Source: an uncultured Chloroflexia bacterium (lineage in GTDB: Bacteria > Chloroflexota > Chloroflexia > QHBQ01 > JADMIH01). Taken from it: a DNA stretch of 64,000 nucleotides. The stretch covers positions 320,001-384,000 of the forward strand of contig CAWCNY010000003.1 in assembly GCA_963797095.1 (NCBI GenBank), given 5' to 3'. Positions within the stretch are counted from its first letter, which is position 1. Each line of letters opens with the position of its first letter. The translations under genes were made by a program, and so were the position numbers. This document shows, in pieces, positions 20,595 to 30,046 of this stretch. The notes beneath the pieces are model-generated. The model ran no database searches. It was given only the letters and a program-made list of their open reading frames with translations, and had not been told where the DNA came from.

Positions 20595-21941
20595 GTGATT
20601 TTGATGCGGACACACCATGAGGTTGTTTCGGGCGAGCAGCGGGCGCTCGCCGGGGTCACTGTCGGAGAGGCATTGGAGGCAATCCTGGCGAACTTCGCCC
20701 CCCTGGAGGTGGTGGTGGTGGCGCTGCCGGATGCGCTTGGGTTGGTGCTGGCCGAGGATGTCGTCTCGGACATGAATATTCCGCCCTTCGACAATTCGTC
20801 CATGGATGGGTATGCAGTGCACGCCCAGGATGTAACGGGGGCAAGCGACGAAGAACCCGCCCGATTGCGGGTTGCCGGGTTTTTGCCCGCGGGTGGCGCT
20901 CCCGGACCCAACGACCGAGTGGAAGCGAAAACTGCGTTCCGGATCATGACGGGCGCACCGGTACCGCCAGGCGCGGATGCTGTGGTGCGGTTCGAGGATA
21001 CGAGCGAGGGAAGACCGCTGGACGAGCCGGGATTACAGCCGCAACATTCACAGGCGGGAGCAGTAGAGGTCGGAGACGAGATAGTCATTTACCGGGGCGT
21101 GAGCACGGGCACGAACGTGCGCGAGGCAGGGGGCGACATCCGCGAAGGAGACATGGTATTGCACGCGGGAGATCCCATAGGGCCTGCCACGATAGGCGTG
21201 CTGGCGTCGCTGGGCAAGGAGAAGGTGCGCGTGCACAGGCGGCCCAGGGTGGCGGTGCTGGCTACAGGCGATGAACTGGTAGGTGTGGCTGAGAGACCGG
21301 GGCCCGGTCAGATACGCAACACCAACAGCTATGCCGTCACGGCACAATTGAGATCATGGGGTGCGGAGGCATTCGACCTGGGGATAGCGCGGGACAACAG
21401 AGAGAGCCTGGTAACCAAGTTGAAGGAGGCGCTAGCGCTGGACCCCGATCTGCTGGTGACTTCTGCGGGGATATCGGTTGGCGATCACGACATCGTGAAG
21501 CAAATCCTGCTGGAAATGGGCACGATCAACATGTGGCGGGTGAAGATCAAGCCCGGCAAGCCTCTTGCGTTCGGCAGGATAGGCGAAAAGAGCGTGCCCT
21601 TCCTGGGATTGCCCGGCAACCCTGTGTCGAGCATGGTGACTCTGGAGCTATTCGGGCGGCCCGCCGTGATGAAGATGCTGGGGCGATCAACCTTGCGCAG
21701 GCCGGAGGTTATAGTGCGCGCCCTGGAGAGGATTGAAAGCTCGCCGGGACGCGAGAATTACATCAGAGTGGTGGTCTCGCGTGATGGAGATGATTACGTA
21801 GCACGCACTACGGGGGCGCAGGGTTCGGAGATACTCACCTCGATGGCGAAAGCCAATGCCCTGCTGATAGTGCCGGAGGACGTGCGCCTTGTGGAAGCAG
21901 GCGAGCGGGTCAGAGCGATACTGCTGGACTGGCCGTGGTAG
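20595..21941 (+). CDS. moeA: Molybdopterin molybdotransferase
   Basis: PPFDNSSMDGYA, RIMTGAPVP, TGDEL, KPGKP, GLPGNPVS. Confidence 0.95.
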   Translation: MILMRTHHEVVSGEQRALAGVTVGEALEAILANFAPLEVVVVALPDALGLVLAEDVVSDMNIPPFDNSSMDGYAVHAQDVTGASDEEPARLRVAGFLPAGGAPGPNDRVEAKTAFRIMTGAPVPPGADAVVRFEDTSEGRPLDEPGLQPQHSQAGAVEVGDEIVIYRGVSTGTNVREAGGDIREGDMVLHAGDPIGPATIGVLASLGKEKVRVHRRPRVAVLATGDELVGVAERPGPGQIRNTNSYAVTAQLRSWGAEAFDLGIARDNRESLVTKLKEALALDPDLLVTSAGISVGDHDIVKQILLEMGTINMWRVKIKPGKPLAFGRIGEKSVPFLGLPGNPVSSMVTLELFGRPAVMKMLGRSTLRRPEVIVRALERIESSPGRENYIRVVVSRDGDDYVARTTGAQGSEILTSMAKANALLIVPEDVRLVEAGERVRAILLDWPW

Positions 21942-21962
21942 CGCATCGCCCTGACCCTTTCT

Positions 21963-22232
21963 TCACCTGGCAAACCGCTGCGTAGAGCGCAGTTTCGCTT
22001 TCACCGCTTCCCGCTCTCGATCTTTAGGGGCTGCATTCGATTCGAGCGAGCTCAGGAGGCGGGCCGAGATCATGGCGATCTCATCGACCGCCGCATTGAA
22101 AGCCTCCTCGTTCGTCCTCGATGGCTTGTTGAAGCCGCTGATCTTCCTTACAAACTGAAGCGATGCAGCGTAGATCTCGTCCTCGCTGGCGGGCGGCTCA
22201 AAGTTGAAGAGCGGCCTGATGTTTCTGCACAT
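21963..22232 (-). CDS. DUF2277 family protein
   Basis: MCRNIRPLFNFEPPASEDEIYAASLQFVRKISG. Confidence 0.85.
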   Translation of the reverse strand: MCRNIRPLFNFEPPASEDEIYAASLQFVRKISGFNKPSRTNEEAFNAAVDEIAMISARLLSSLESNAAPKDREREAVKAKLRSTQRFAR

Positions 22233-22310
22233 GTTCCTTTATCCCCTGTTGCTCACCAACCGGATTTCGAGCGTCACGCACACCGGCAGGCGCAAAGTGT
22301 GGTGGAGGGC

Positions 22311-24134
22311 CTACAGCGCGCCCGCGTAGCCGTCGCCTCGAACATCGCTTCCCGCCATGTACGAGCCATCGGCCTGTCGCCAGATGATCTGCCCGCGACC
22401 GAATGTGCCGCTGCGATTGAGCACTGTGACGGCGTGCCCTTTGGACCGCAGGCCCTGCGTGACGGTTGAGCCTGCGCCCGACTCTATCTCGATGCTCTTG
22501 TTGCTGGCCCACTGCCAGCGGGGAGCGTCGAGGGCTGCCTGGGGGTTCATGCCGTAGTCTATTGTGTTGGCGATCACCTGCACATGTCCCTGCGGCTGCA
22601 TGAAGCCGCCCATTACTCCAAACGGGCCGATGGGCAGCCCGGCGCGGGTCAGAAAGGCCGGGATGATGGTGTTGTAGGGGCGCTTGCCTGGAGCCAGGCG
22701 ATTAGGGTGGTTGGGGTCGAGACTGAAGTTGGCACCCCGGTCGTGCAGCGAGATGCCCGTGCCGGGGATCACGATCCCTGAGCCAAAGCCCTCGTAGTTG
22801 GACTGGATGAAAGAGACCATCATCCCATCCGAATCGGCGGCGCACAGGTAGACGGTGCCTCCCGAGTTGGGATCGCCGGGAGCGGGAGTGAGAGCACGCG
22901 CACCTATCAGGGCGCGCCGTCGGGCGGCATACGCCTTGTCGAGCAGGCCCTCCACCGGAATGGAGGCAAAGTCGGGGTCGGCCACGTAGCGGAACGCGTC
23001 GGCGAAGGCCAGCTTGAGGCTCTCGATCTGGAGGTGGAAAGACTGCGTGCTGTCGCGTGCCAGTGAATGGAGGTCAAAGCCTTCGAGGATGTTGAGGGCG
23101 ATCAGGGCGGTGATGCCCTGCCCGTTGGGCGGCATCTCCCACACGTCATAACCCCTGTAACTGGTGGTGATGGGGTCTACCCATGTGCTTGTATGCGCCG
23201 CGAGGTCGGCCAGGGTGAGGTAGCCGCCCGTCTGAGCGGCAAACTGCGCGATCTTACGTGCGAGGTCGCCTTTGTAGAAATCCTCGGCCCCGTAGTCGGC
23301 GATGCGGCGAAGGGTCGCGCCAAGCTCGGTGCTCGACCACGTCCCACCCGACCTGGGCGCACGCCCGCCGGGGGCGAACATTGGGGCCCAGCCTTTGAAC
23401 TCAGGGCCTCTGTTGGCCGTGTAAATCGAGATAGCGTTTTGCCATGCAGCCGCCACGATAGGTGTGACGTGGTAGCCCTGTTCGGCGTAAGCGATGGCAG
23501 GCTCAAACAGCCTGTTGAATGAGAGCTTGCCGAAGCGGGCATGCAGGTCGTGCCAGAGGGCGGGCGCGCCAGCAATGGTTACGGGGAGCCAGCCGCGCAG
23601 TGGCATAGTGCGGTAGCCCTTGTTGCGCACAAGTTGGAGGGTGAGGGCGGCGGGGGCGCGCCCTGAGCCGTTGAGGCCGTAAAGTCTGGCGGTTCTGGGG
23701 TCCCACAGAAGCGCGAAGGCATCCGAGCCGACGCCGTTGGACACAGGCTCGACCACGGTCTGCGCGATAGCGGCGGCGATAGCGGCGTCAACCGCGTTGC
23801 CCCCCTTCTTGAGCATGAGCAGCCCGGCTTCCACCGCCAGGGGCGTGCTGGTAGCGACCACCCCGTTGCGCGCCACCACTGACCGGCGGTCCGCGCTGTA
23901 TGGATTGTGCGCGAGGTCCATCGGCGGGATGGAGAGATCGCCAACAGCCGGGGGGATATGGACCAGTGGAGGAGTGTAGGCGTGGGCAGCAGCGGGCAGA
24001 AGCGTACCGGAAGCCACCACTCCGCCAACGGTAAGAGCGGTGCGGCGAAGGAAATCGCGCCGGGTGAGGGTATCTTCCTTACTGGCGTCATCTATCCCGG
24101 GTTCGGCGTCTTCAGATTGGGATTGACGATCCAT
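22311..24134 (-). CDS. ggt: Gamma-glutamyltransferase family protein (YwrD-like) with Tat signal
   Basis: TRRDFLRR + hydrophobic stretch + AHA; GGNAVDAA, LNGSGRAP, GTVYLCAAD, GVMGGFMQPQG. Confidence 0.9.
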   Translation of the reverse strand: MDRQSQSEDAEPGIDDASKEDTLTRRDFLRRTALTVGGVVASGTLLPAAAHAYTPPLVHIPPAVGDLSIPPMDLAHNPYSADRRSVVARNGVVATSTPLAVEAGLLMLKKGGNAVDAAIAAAIAQTVVEPVSNGVGSDAFALLWDPRTARLYGLNGSGRAPAALTLQLVRNKGYRTMPLRGWLPVTIAGAPALWHDLHARFGKLSFNRLFEPAIAYAEQGYHVTPIVAAAWQNAISIYTANRGPEFKGWAPMFAPGGRAPRSGGTWSSTELGATLRRIADYGAEDFYKGDLARKIAQFAAQTGGYLTLADLAAHTSTWVDPITTSYRGYDVWEMPPNGQGITALIALNILEGFDLHSLARDSTQSFHLQIESLKLAFADAFRYVADPDFASIPVEGLLDKAYAARRRALIGARALTPAPGDPNSGGTVYLCAADSDGMMVSFIQSNYEGFGSGIVIPGTGISLHDRGANFSLDPNHPNRLAPGKRPYNTIIPAFLTRAGLPIGPFGVMGGFMQPQGHVQVIANTIDYGMNPQAALDAPRWQWASNKSIEIESGAGSTVTQGLRSKGHAVTVLNRSGTFGRGQIIWRQADGSYMAGSDVRGDGYAGAL

Positions 24135-24152
24135 AGATATCTCGATAATAGC

Positions 24153-24815
24153 TCATTTACGCTTGAGACGCACCGTGAGGTCGCTGTCGCTGGTGGCTAC
24201 ACTGCTCATTTCAAGGTCGGCGCTTTCGAGGCTTGGAACAACCGCATTATTGATCTCCGAGACGAGGAGGTCATTGTTCACGCGGTCAACCACCTGCCGG
24301 ATAGTGCCTTCGAGATCGAAGGGGAGGACCTCAAGCGATACGTTGAGGTCGCCTAGCTGGGGGTCGCCTATCATGTTGATCGCGAGACCGCCGTTCTGGA
24401 TGCTGACGCGGTTGTTCACGCGAGCATTGACATCAAGACTGAGGAAGCTCGCCACCACATGGAAGGTGAAGAGGAGGTCCATGCGGTTCTCGGTGTTGAG
24501 GTCCACGTTGAGAGATGTGAGGGTGAGCCAGTCGACGCCTGTGGGATACGAGCCGTTGACGCGCTGGGCGATCAGACTGTTGAGATAACCTTCGTCCACC
24601 GACACCACGATATCGGAATTGCTCGTGGTGGGGATATTGTCCAACGGGAGGATAGTCGAGGCGGCGAAAGTAGCCAGCCCCAGCACAAGGAGCACCCCGC
24701 CTATAATCCCGAAGATGCACCCACTGGCGAACCAGAGGAAGCAAAGCCCACCGGAAGAACGGCGACCGGAAAATGACCGGTGGTAGCTGGTAGATCGGGG
24801 TTGGTAGGTGGACAT
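24153..24815 (-). CDS. Hypothetical membrane-anchored protein
   Basis: One N-terminal TM helix followed by a beta-rich domain. Confidence 0.7.
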   Translation of the reverse strand: MSTYQPRSTSYHRSFSGRRSSGGLCFLWFASGCIFGIIGGVLLVLGLATFAASTILPLDNIPTTSNSDIVVSVDEGYLNSLIAQRVNGSYPTGVDWLTLTSLNVDLNTENRMDLLFTFHVVASFLSLDVNARVNNRVSIQNGGLAINMIGDPQLGDLNVSLEVLPFDLEGTIRQVVDRVNNDLLVSEINNAVVPSLESADLEMSSVATSDSDLTVRLKRK

Positions 24816-24820
24816 TGGAA

Positions 24821-24916
24821 GACGAACGAAAGACGAAAGACGAAAGACAACAGACGAGAGTCAGAACCAAAAAACCAGGAACTTGGAACTTGGAACTACT
24901 ATCGTCCTCCGTCTAC
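24821..24916. repeat. Heptamer repeat patch (GACGAAA)n ... (GGAACTT)n
   Basis: Read directly; intergenic. Confidence 0.8.
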
Positions 24917-25297
24917 TTACAGCGCTGCCCGGCGGCGGAGCCAGTCAGTCACATCTTTGTGCTTGATGCAGATCACCTTGTTCCCCCTGCGCTCGGCCTT
25001 GAGGTCGTTGCGCCAGATGGCGTGCATCACAACTTCCAGGCTGGTACTGATGAGCCGGGCCACCTCCTCAGGAGTGTATTCCTCCTGTGTGAGATCGACG
25101 TGAGCGCGGCTGTGGGGGTCGTGGCGGTCGTGGCGCTCCAGGATAACCTGGCCCTCGAATTCTTGTACATCCGAGAACCCGACGTGCGGATCGGTGTCAA
25201 CCGGCTCGATCTCATAGCGGTCGTCCATATCGAGATCGTCGGTTTGGCCCATCGCCATCCCCTTGTCTTCACGGCTGGTGGTTGGCTGCTCGTCCAT
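24917..25297 (-). CDS. Small hypothetical protein with C-terminal excisionase-like HTH
   Basis: EYTPEEVARLI...IWRNDLKAERRG; RBS AAGGAG. Confidence 0.65.
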   Translation of the reverse strand: MDEQPTTSREDKGMAMGQTDDLDMDDRYEIEPVDTDPHVGFSDVQEFEGQVILERHDRHDPHSRAHVDLTQEEYTPEEVARLISTSLEVVMHAIWRNDLKAERRGNKVICIKHKDVTDWLRRRAAL

Positions 25298-25369
25298 TAC
25301 GCTTCTCCTTGCAAACTACGGGTAACTGAAAGCAAACGATGCGCTTGTATCACAGCCACCCATCAACTT

Positions 25370-26572
25370 TTATTCAACGCGCTTCAACCACGATTCGGGA
25401 TCGCGCAGTTCCTCAAGTGTGGGGATGAAGCCGGGACCCTCCCAGATACGATTGGCTACCGAGATGCCCCGCAAGGCTACTACCCGGTTGATGAAGCTTT
25501 CACCGAGGCGGTACTGCTCCATCTTCAGCGCGAGGCCCGTAAGTCGAACAAAAAGCTTCTCGATAGGGCTGCGGTTTACAGCGCGCTGTTCGATGCGCTC
25601 CTTGATGGTGGCATAGCTGGGAAGAAGGCGCTCGCCCACGGCGTTCATTATATAGTTGGAGTAGCCTTCAATGATAGACATGAGTGCCTGGAGTTTGACG
25701 AACAGGGCGCGCTGCTCCTTGCTCATAACCACCTCGATCCAGTTCTCGCCGGTGGTCATGTTGGCACGAACGCGGTCCATAATACCGCGCATACCGCCCA
25801 TCCCGTTGCCGAATTGCAGGAGGTCGTCGCTCAGAAGCGCAAAATACTCTTCGAGGAGGGTGTTGAAATACTGGCGAACCCACGGGTAGGCCTCGAACTC
25901 GTAGGCGTGGGTGGTCTCGTGGAGGGCAATCCAGAGCCGGAAGTCGTCGGAGTCGAGGCCAAGCTCGGCCTGAACGCCCGCGATATTGGGCTCCACGAAA
26001 TAGAGGCGGCCCGCGCTGACGGGCTCCTTACCCAACAGCGAAAGGTCGTACTGGCCGAGCACGCGACGGGCCAGGTAGCCGAGGAGGACGCCCATCTGGG
26101 TGGACAGAAGGCCCTGGGAAAGCTCGCCCATAAGCATAGTGCCGAGGGAGGTGGAGGTCTGCACGCGACGATAAAGGTCCTCGATGGGGTCGAATAGCTG
26201 CTGGAAATTGGCGATATTGGCATCGATCCACTCGGTGCGCGTGAAAGCCTCGATCTTATCGACGGGGGCGGGGAGGGAACGGCCCATCTCCGACGTGATC
26301 AGGGGGTAGCAGCGGGCTACCATGCCTCGATAATACTCCTCCCACTGTTCGTGCCACCCTTCGGCGGGGAGCGGCTCGGCGATGATATTGTGAGCCATGC
26401 GGCGCACGCGCTCCCACTCGATAAGGCCGGGGATACCATGGCGGGCGTAGTGGCGCTGGCGCGTGTTGGCCCACACGAGGCCGAGAGCAGCGCCCGCCAT
26501 GAGGCCGATAGCGATCAGGCGGGGGTTGTAGGCGGAGGTATGGCGGCGCGATTGTGTTGTTTGTTCAGACAT
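25370..26572 (-). CDS. Zinc-dependent metalloprotease (Zincin_2; family often found in F420 producers)
   Basis: LARRVLGQYDL, LWIALHETTH, MSIIEGYS, KMEQYRLGE. Confidence 0.85.
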   Translation of the reverse strand: MSEQTTQSRRHTSAYNPRLIAIGLMAGAALGLVWANTRQRHYARHGIPGLIEWERVRRMAHNIIAEPLPAEGWHEQWEEYYRGMVARCYPLITSEMGRSLPAPVDKIEAFTRTEWIDANIANFQQLFDPIEDLYRRVQTSTSLGTMLMGELSQGLLSTQMGVLLGYLARRVLGQYDLSLLGKEPVSAGRLYFVEPNIAGVQAELGLDSDDFRLWIALHETTHAYEFEAYPWVRQYFNTLLEEYFALLSDDLLQFGNGMGGMRGIMDRVRANMTTGENWIEVVMSKEQRALFVKLQALMSIIEGYSNYIMNAVGERLLPSYATIKERIEQRAVNRSPIEKLFVRLTGLALKMEQYRLGESFINRVVALRGISVANRIWEGPGFIPTLEELRDPESWLKRVE

Positions 26573-26760
26573 CGGTGCTCCAATCTGGGAGGCGGTGCAA
26601 GGCCCTGCCCCTTAGCTTACTATAAACTTACGCGCTGGGAGCGTCAAGCGTTGCGGCAGGTCTGGTATACTGAGGGCCATAGAGAATTGGCAGCACCCTT
26701 CGGTTTCTGTGTTCGATAAAACGTACAAATAAGAAGACTTGACTATGGCAAAGGAGCAGT

Positions 26761-27390
26761 TTGAAAATGAGCGAGCAAGCGATCACATCAGAGAGGTTCT
26801 ATTCGGGATTGACGTTGAGTGAGTTCATGGAGGGGATGAAGGAGAACCAGGATAGGTTCAAGGAGAACCTGGGGAATGTCGAGCTGGAAGCGAGAGACGA
26901 GGCGCGGATTGCCGAGGTAAACAGGCCGTTACGAGTGGTGGTAATCGCCGAAGATTGGTGCGGCGACGTGCTCCGGTACCTGCCTGTGCTGGTCAGGATG
27001 GCGAGCAAGGCGGACCAGTGGGAGATACGCGTCTTCTACCGCGACGCCAATCCCGACCTTATGGAACGCTGGTTGAAAAACGGCACGCTCCGCTCTATCC
27101 CGGTGATAGCCTTCTTTGACCAGGATTGGAACGAGATCGGCTATTACCAGGAAAGGCCGAAGGCGGTATACGAGGAGGAAGCCGGGGCAAAAACAAGATT
27201 CGAGCAGTTGTACGCCGACCGATTGGATGTCGCTTTGGCTTATGCCGACATGAGCCAGGAAACCAAGGACCTCTACGCGCCTTTCTTCCGCGAGTTCCGC
27301 TTGCAGAGAATGAAAACATGGCAGGAGATGTTTGTGGACGAGGTGCTTGGGCTATTGGAGGGCAAGCTCGTAGGCGCGGGGGCCGTATAA
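26761..27390 (+). CDS. Thioredoxin family protein (Thioredoxin_9-like)
   Basis: VIAEDWCGD, RDANPDLM, RSIP. Confidence 0.85.
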   Translation: MKMSEQAITSERFYSGLTLSEFMEGMKENQDRFKENLGNVELEARDEARIAEVNRPLRVVVIAEDWCGDVLRYLPVLVRMASKADQWEIRVFYRDANPDLMERWLKNGTLRSIPVIAFFDQDWNEIGYYQERPKAVYEEEAGAKTRFEQLYADRLDVALAYADMSQETKDLYAPFFREFRLQRMKTWQEMFVDEVLGLLEGKLVGAGAV

Positions 27391-27432
27391 GCAGGCAAGG
27401 CTAGGAACTCTTACTTAAACTCTACTTTAGAA

Positions 27433-28071
27433 ATGAACACACCCTATAACCGCATCGCGGGCCAGAGCCTTGAGCGCCTTGCAGCCCTGAGCGACGGCAT
27501 ATTCGCTATTGCGATGACCTTGCTTGTGCTGGAGCTTCATGTCCCCGATATAGCGCCGCGCCAGGGGCTGGACGGCGATTGGGACCTGCTTGTGGGTCTG
27601 TGGAGCATCGCGCCGCACATACTCACCTACTTCATGAGCTTCCTGACCCTCGGCATTTTCTGGGTGGGTCAGCAGACCCAGCTTAACCACTTCACCCGCA
27701 GCGACCGCGACCTCACCTGGATACATATCGGCTTCCTCTGCGCGGTGTCGCTCATGCCCTTTTCAACCGGGTTCCTGGCCGAAGGGATCGAACACCACGT
27801 GCCCCTCATCGTCTACTGGCTCAATATCGTCCTGCTGGGCGCAATGCTGCTCTGGAGCGTGCGCTATGCCTGGCGGGCAGGGCTTATGAAGGAGGACGTC
27901 ACCGAGGTGGTACGCTCCGCCAACGAGCGGCGCATCTTCATCGCGCAATCGCTCTACGCGTTCGGCGCGCTCCTGTGCATCATCAGCACGTACCTGAGCA
28001 TCGCGGCGATTGTGCTCGTGCAGCTAAACTACGCGTTTGCGCCCAGGATACGCAGCCTCTACAAACTTTGA
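27433..28071 (+). CDS. TMEM175/DUF1211 family K+ channel
   Basis: ERLAALSDGIFAIAMTLLVLEL. Confidence 0.9.
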   Translation: MNTPYNRIAGQSLERLAALSDGIFAIAMTLLVLELHVPDIAPRQGLDGDWDLLVGLWSIAPHILTYFMSFLTLGIFWVGQQTQLNHFTRSDRDLTWIHIGFLCAVSLMPFSTGFLAEGIEHHVPLIVYWLNIVLLGAMLLWSVRYAWRAGLMKEDVTEVVRSANERRIFIAQSLYAFGALLCIISTYLSIAAIVLVQLNYAFAPRIRSLYKL

Positions 28072-28101
28072 CCCTCTATCCCAACACACCCGCCCCACTT
28101 A

Positions 28102-28367
28102 CTGATAAAAGGTTGCTCATAGTCTCTCCTTTGTCGCATAATTGAAGTAACGTGGAAGCTAACCAATGCTACACGCCACTATTGCCTTCGGGTAGTAGTC
28201 CGCACTTTGATAATGCAAGATGTTAGCGGGTTGTTGCACGAAACCCTTGTGCAGCGTAAAAGCATCTTAGGTGTCTCCTATAGTGCAACCTTAATGGCAT
28301 ATGGATGAGTATGCATCGGTGCAAAACCGTAGAAGCTGCTGGCGTTTACGCCATGCGGAGTCATCAC
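28102..28367 (+). mobile_element. Copy 1 of a non-autonomous IS200/IS605-type element (left end missing); putative omega-RNA locus
   Basis: 265/266 identical to 37778-38043; joined directly to TTAC; ends GAAG-hairpin-TCAC. Confidence 0.85.
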
Positions 28368-28809
28368 TATTATTGACCATCTCAAAGGGTCCTTTCTTCG
28401 CCCGCCAAATAGCGGCTTATGAAATTGTCTTTCAGTGGGTGCTATGTACAACTACACTACTCAAGTACACTACTCAAGCCGCCCCGGTTCAGTCCCCCGC
28501 CAAACCACCCCACAAAGAACAGGCCCCGAATTCTAAATCTGGTGCGAGAGGGGTTTCATGGCGAATGGAACTACACCATTCTCCCTCAATCCTCATCCCT
28601 TTCTGACCAGCTTATTTAGGCGGACCCCCTAAGATGCGAAGATCTCTTAATAACCCAAGCCCCTCAATAAGAAAAGTAGTTCTCCTAATCCACACCTGCG
28701 ACAGTTGCGTTGTACAATACACGTGCCACAATACCTTAAGCACATAAGGGTAGTAGATGTTTCTCAGAATGTGGTGTGGGCGGAGAAGGCAAAGATGCCG
28801 AGGGAGGAT

Positions 28810-29233
28810 GTGTTCAGTCACCCCGCTCTCTCCTCCGGCTCCGGCCACCTCGTCAGCGACTACCTCTTCGCCAAAACCCGCCTCTTCGCCGGCCTCAACC
28901 TCCACGATGCCGAGCTAGACCTCTTCGACCAGATCTACGAAGCCCTCGCCTCCCAAACCCCACCCCACCTTCGTAGTCTACCTCTCCGCCTCCCTCGACA
29001 CCCCCATGGCCCCCATCTACCAGCGCGACCGCTCCTTCGAACGCACCATCCAGCGCGCCTACATAGCCGGCCTTGCCCGCCTCTACCACTCCTTCTTCCA
29101 AGCCTACACCGCCGCCCCCGTCCTCACCATCCCCACCGACAACCTCGACTTCGTCCGCCACCCCTCCCACCACCAAACAGTCGTAGCCCAGATCCTATCT
29201 GCCACAGGCGTCCCCACCCTCGCCCAGCCCTGA
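28810..29233 (+). pseudogene. 5'-truncated, frameshifted deoxynucleoside kinase
   Basis: VSDYLFAKTRLFAGLNL...LFDQIY, then in another frame LVVYLSAS...IYQRDRSFE...VLTIPTDNLDFV; no P-loop half. Confidence 0.75.
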
Positions 29234-29243
29234 CCTCCAAGCT

Positions 29244-29450
29244 ATGCAGCCACCCATAGAAACAATATGCTCAGTCATACTGCTCGTGGGCATGGTAATC
29301 ACCTTTGCAGTTTGTCTCCTATGCTGTTATTTCTTTATCGTCGGTGGCGCGCTCGTCAGTCTTGGCGGAGGGGTATTCGTAGCTCTCACCCTGCTGATCG
29401 GCTACCAAATTCGCGTGCTCTGGCGAGGATTACACAATAAAAGCCAGTAG
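29244..29450 (+). CDS. Small two-TM hypothetical protein
   Basis: Hydrophobic 68-aa ORF. Confidence 0.4.
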   Translation: MQPPIETICSVILLVGMVITFAVCLLCCYFFIVGGALVSLGGGVFVALTLLIGYQIRVLWRGLHNKSQ

Positions 29451-29661
29451 CACTCTCAGCCACTTATAGGGTAATCTGGCCTGCCTCATATACCTCTCTA
29501 AGTTCCTCAACTAAAGCATCATTAAACAAAACACCAACCTCACCGACTACCGACTACCGACTACCACCCCCAAACCTCGCACCTTCCCCCCATAAGTTGT
29601 ATAGTGAATGATTGACCGTCAAACTACAGTGCGGCAACCGCACCACAAAAAAGGGGGCAAC

Positions 29662-29937
29662 ATGGAAGACCGGCACCAATCAGAAGTCAAACTCGAAATG
29701 GACATGGCCGACTTCAGCGGTAAAGTGGTAAGCCGCATGGATATACACAACATGGTAGGCCGCACGAGCGGCAAAAAAGTAGGCGTCGCCATAATAATGA
29801 AATTCACCGACGGCTCCACCGGCAGCATCCTACTCAAAGCAGGCGACGATACCCACATAGCCGTCTCCCCCTACGCAAGACCCCGCATGGACGACTACTC
29901 CATACTCCCCGAAGAGGTCGCAACCCCCAGATCCTGA
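29662..29937 (+). CDS. Small hypothetical protein
   Basis: RBS-like AAGGGGG before ATG at 29662. Confidence 0.55.
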   Translation: MEDRHQSEVKLEMDMADFSGKVVSRMDIHNMVGRTSGKKVGVAIIMKFTDGSTGSILLKAGDDTHIAVSPYARPRMDDYSILPEEVATPRS

Positions 29938-30046
29938 GCCAGCCAACACCCACCACCAAAATTGCAAACCTACCATCCCCGCCCTTCCATAAGCGTAGGT
30001 GTCTAAAAGCCGCGCTTCCTCAGCCCCTCTCCCGCACCACCACACC

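Noticed and set aside
28180-28210. GTAGTAGTCCG as a group I intron S motif (IStron)
   Set aside because: No P, Q or R elements, and the element is too short
28392-28420. dif site near the skew switch (TTATGAAATT)
   Set aside because: The XerC-side arm is not complementary; the match is too weak to call
28301-28606. ORFs starting inside the repeated element (also 37981-38238)
   Set aside because: They cross the element boundary into unrelated flanks and show no protein motifs
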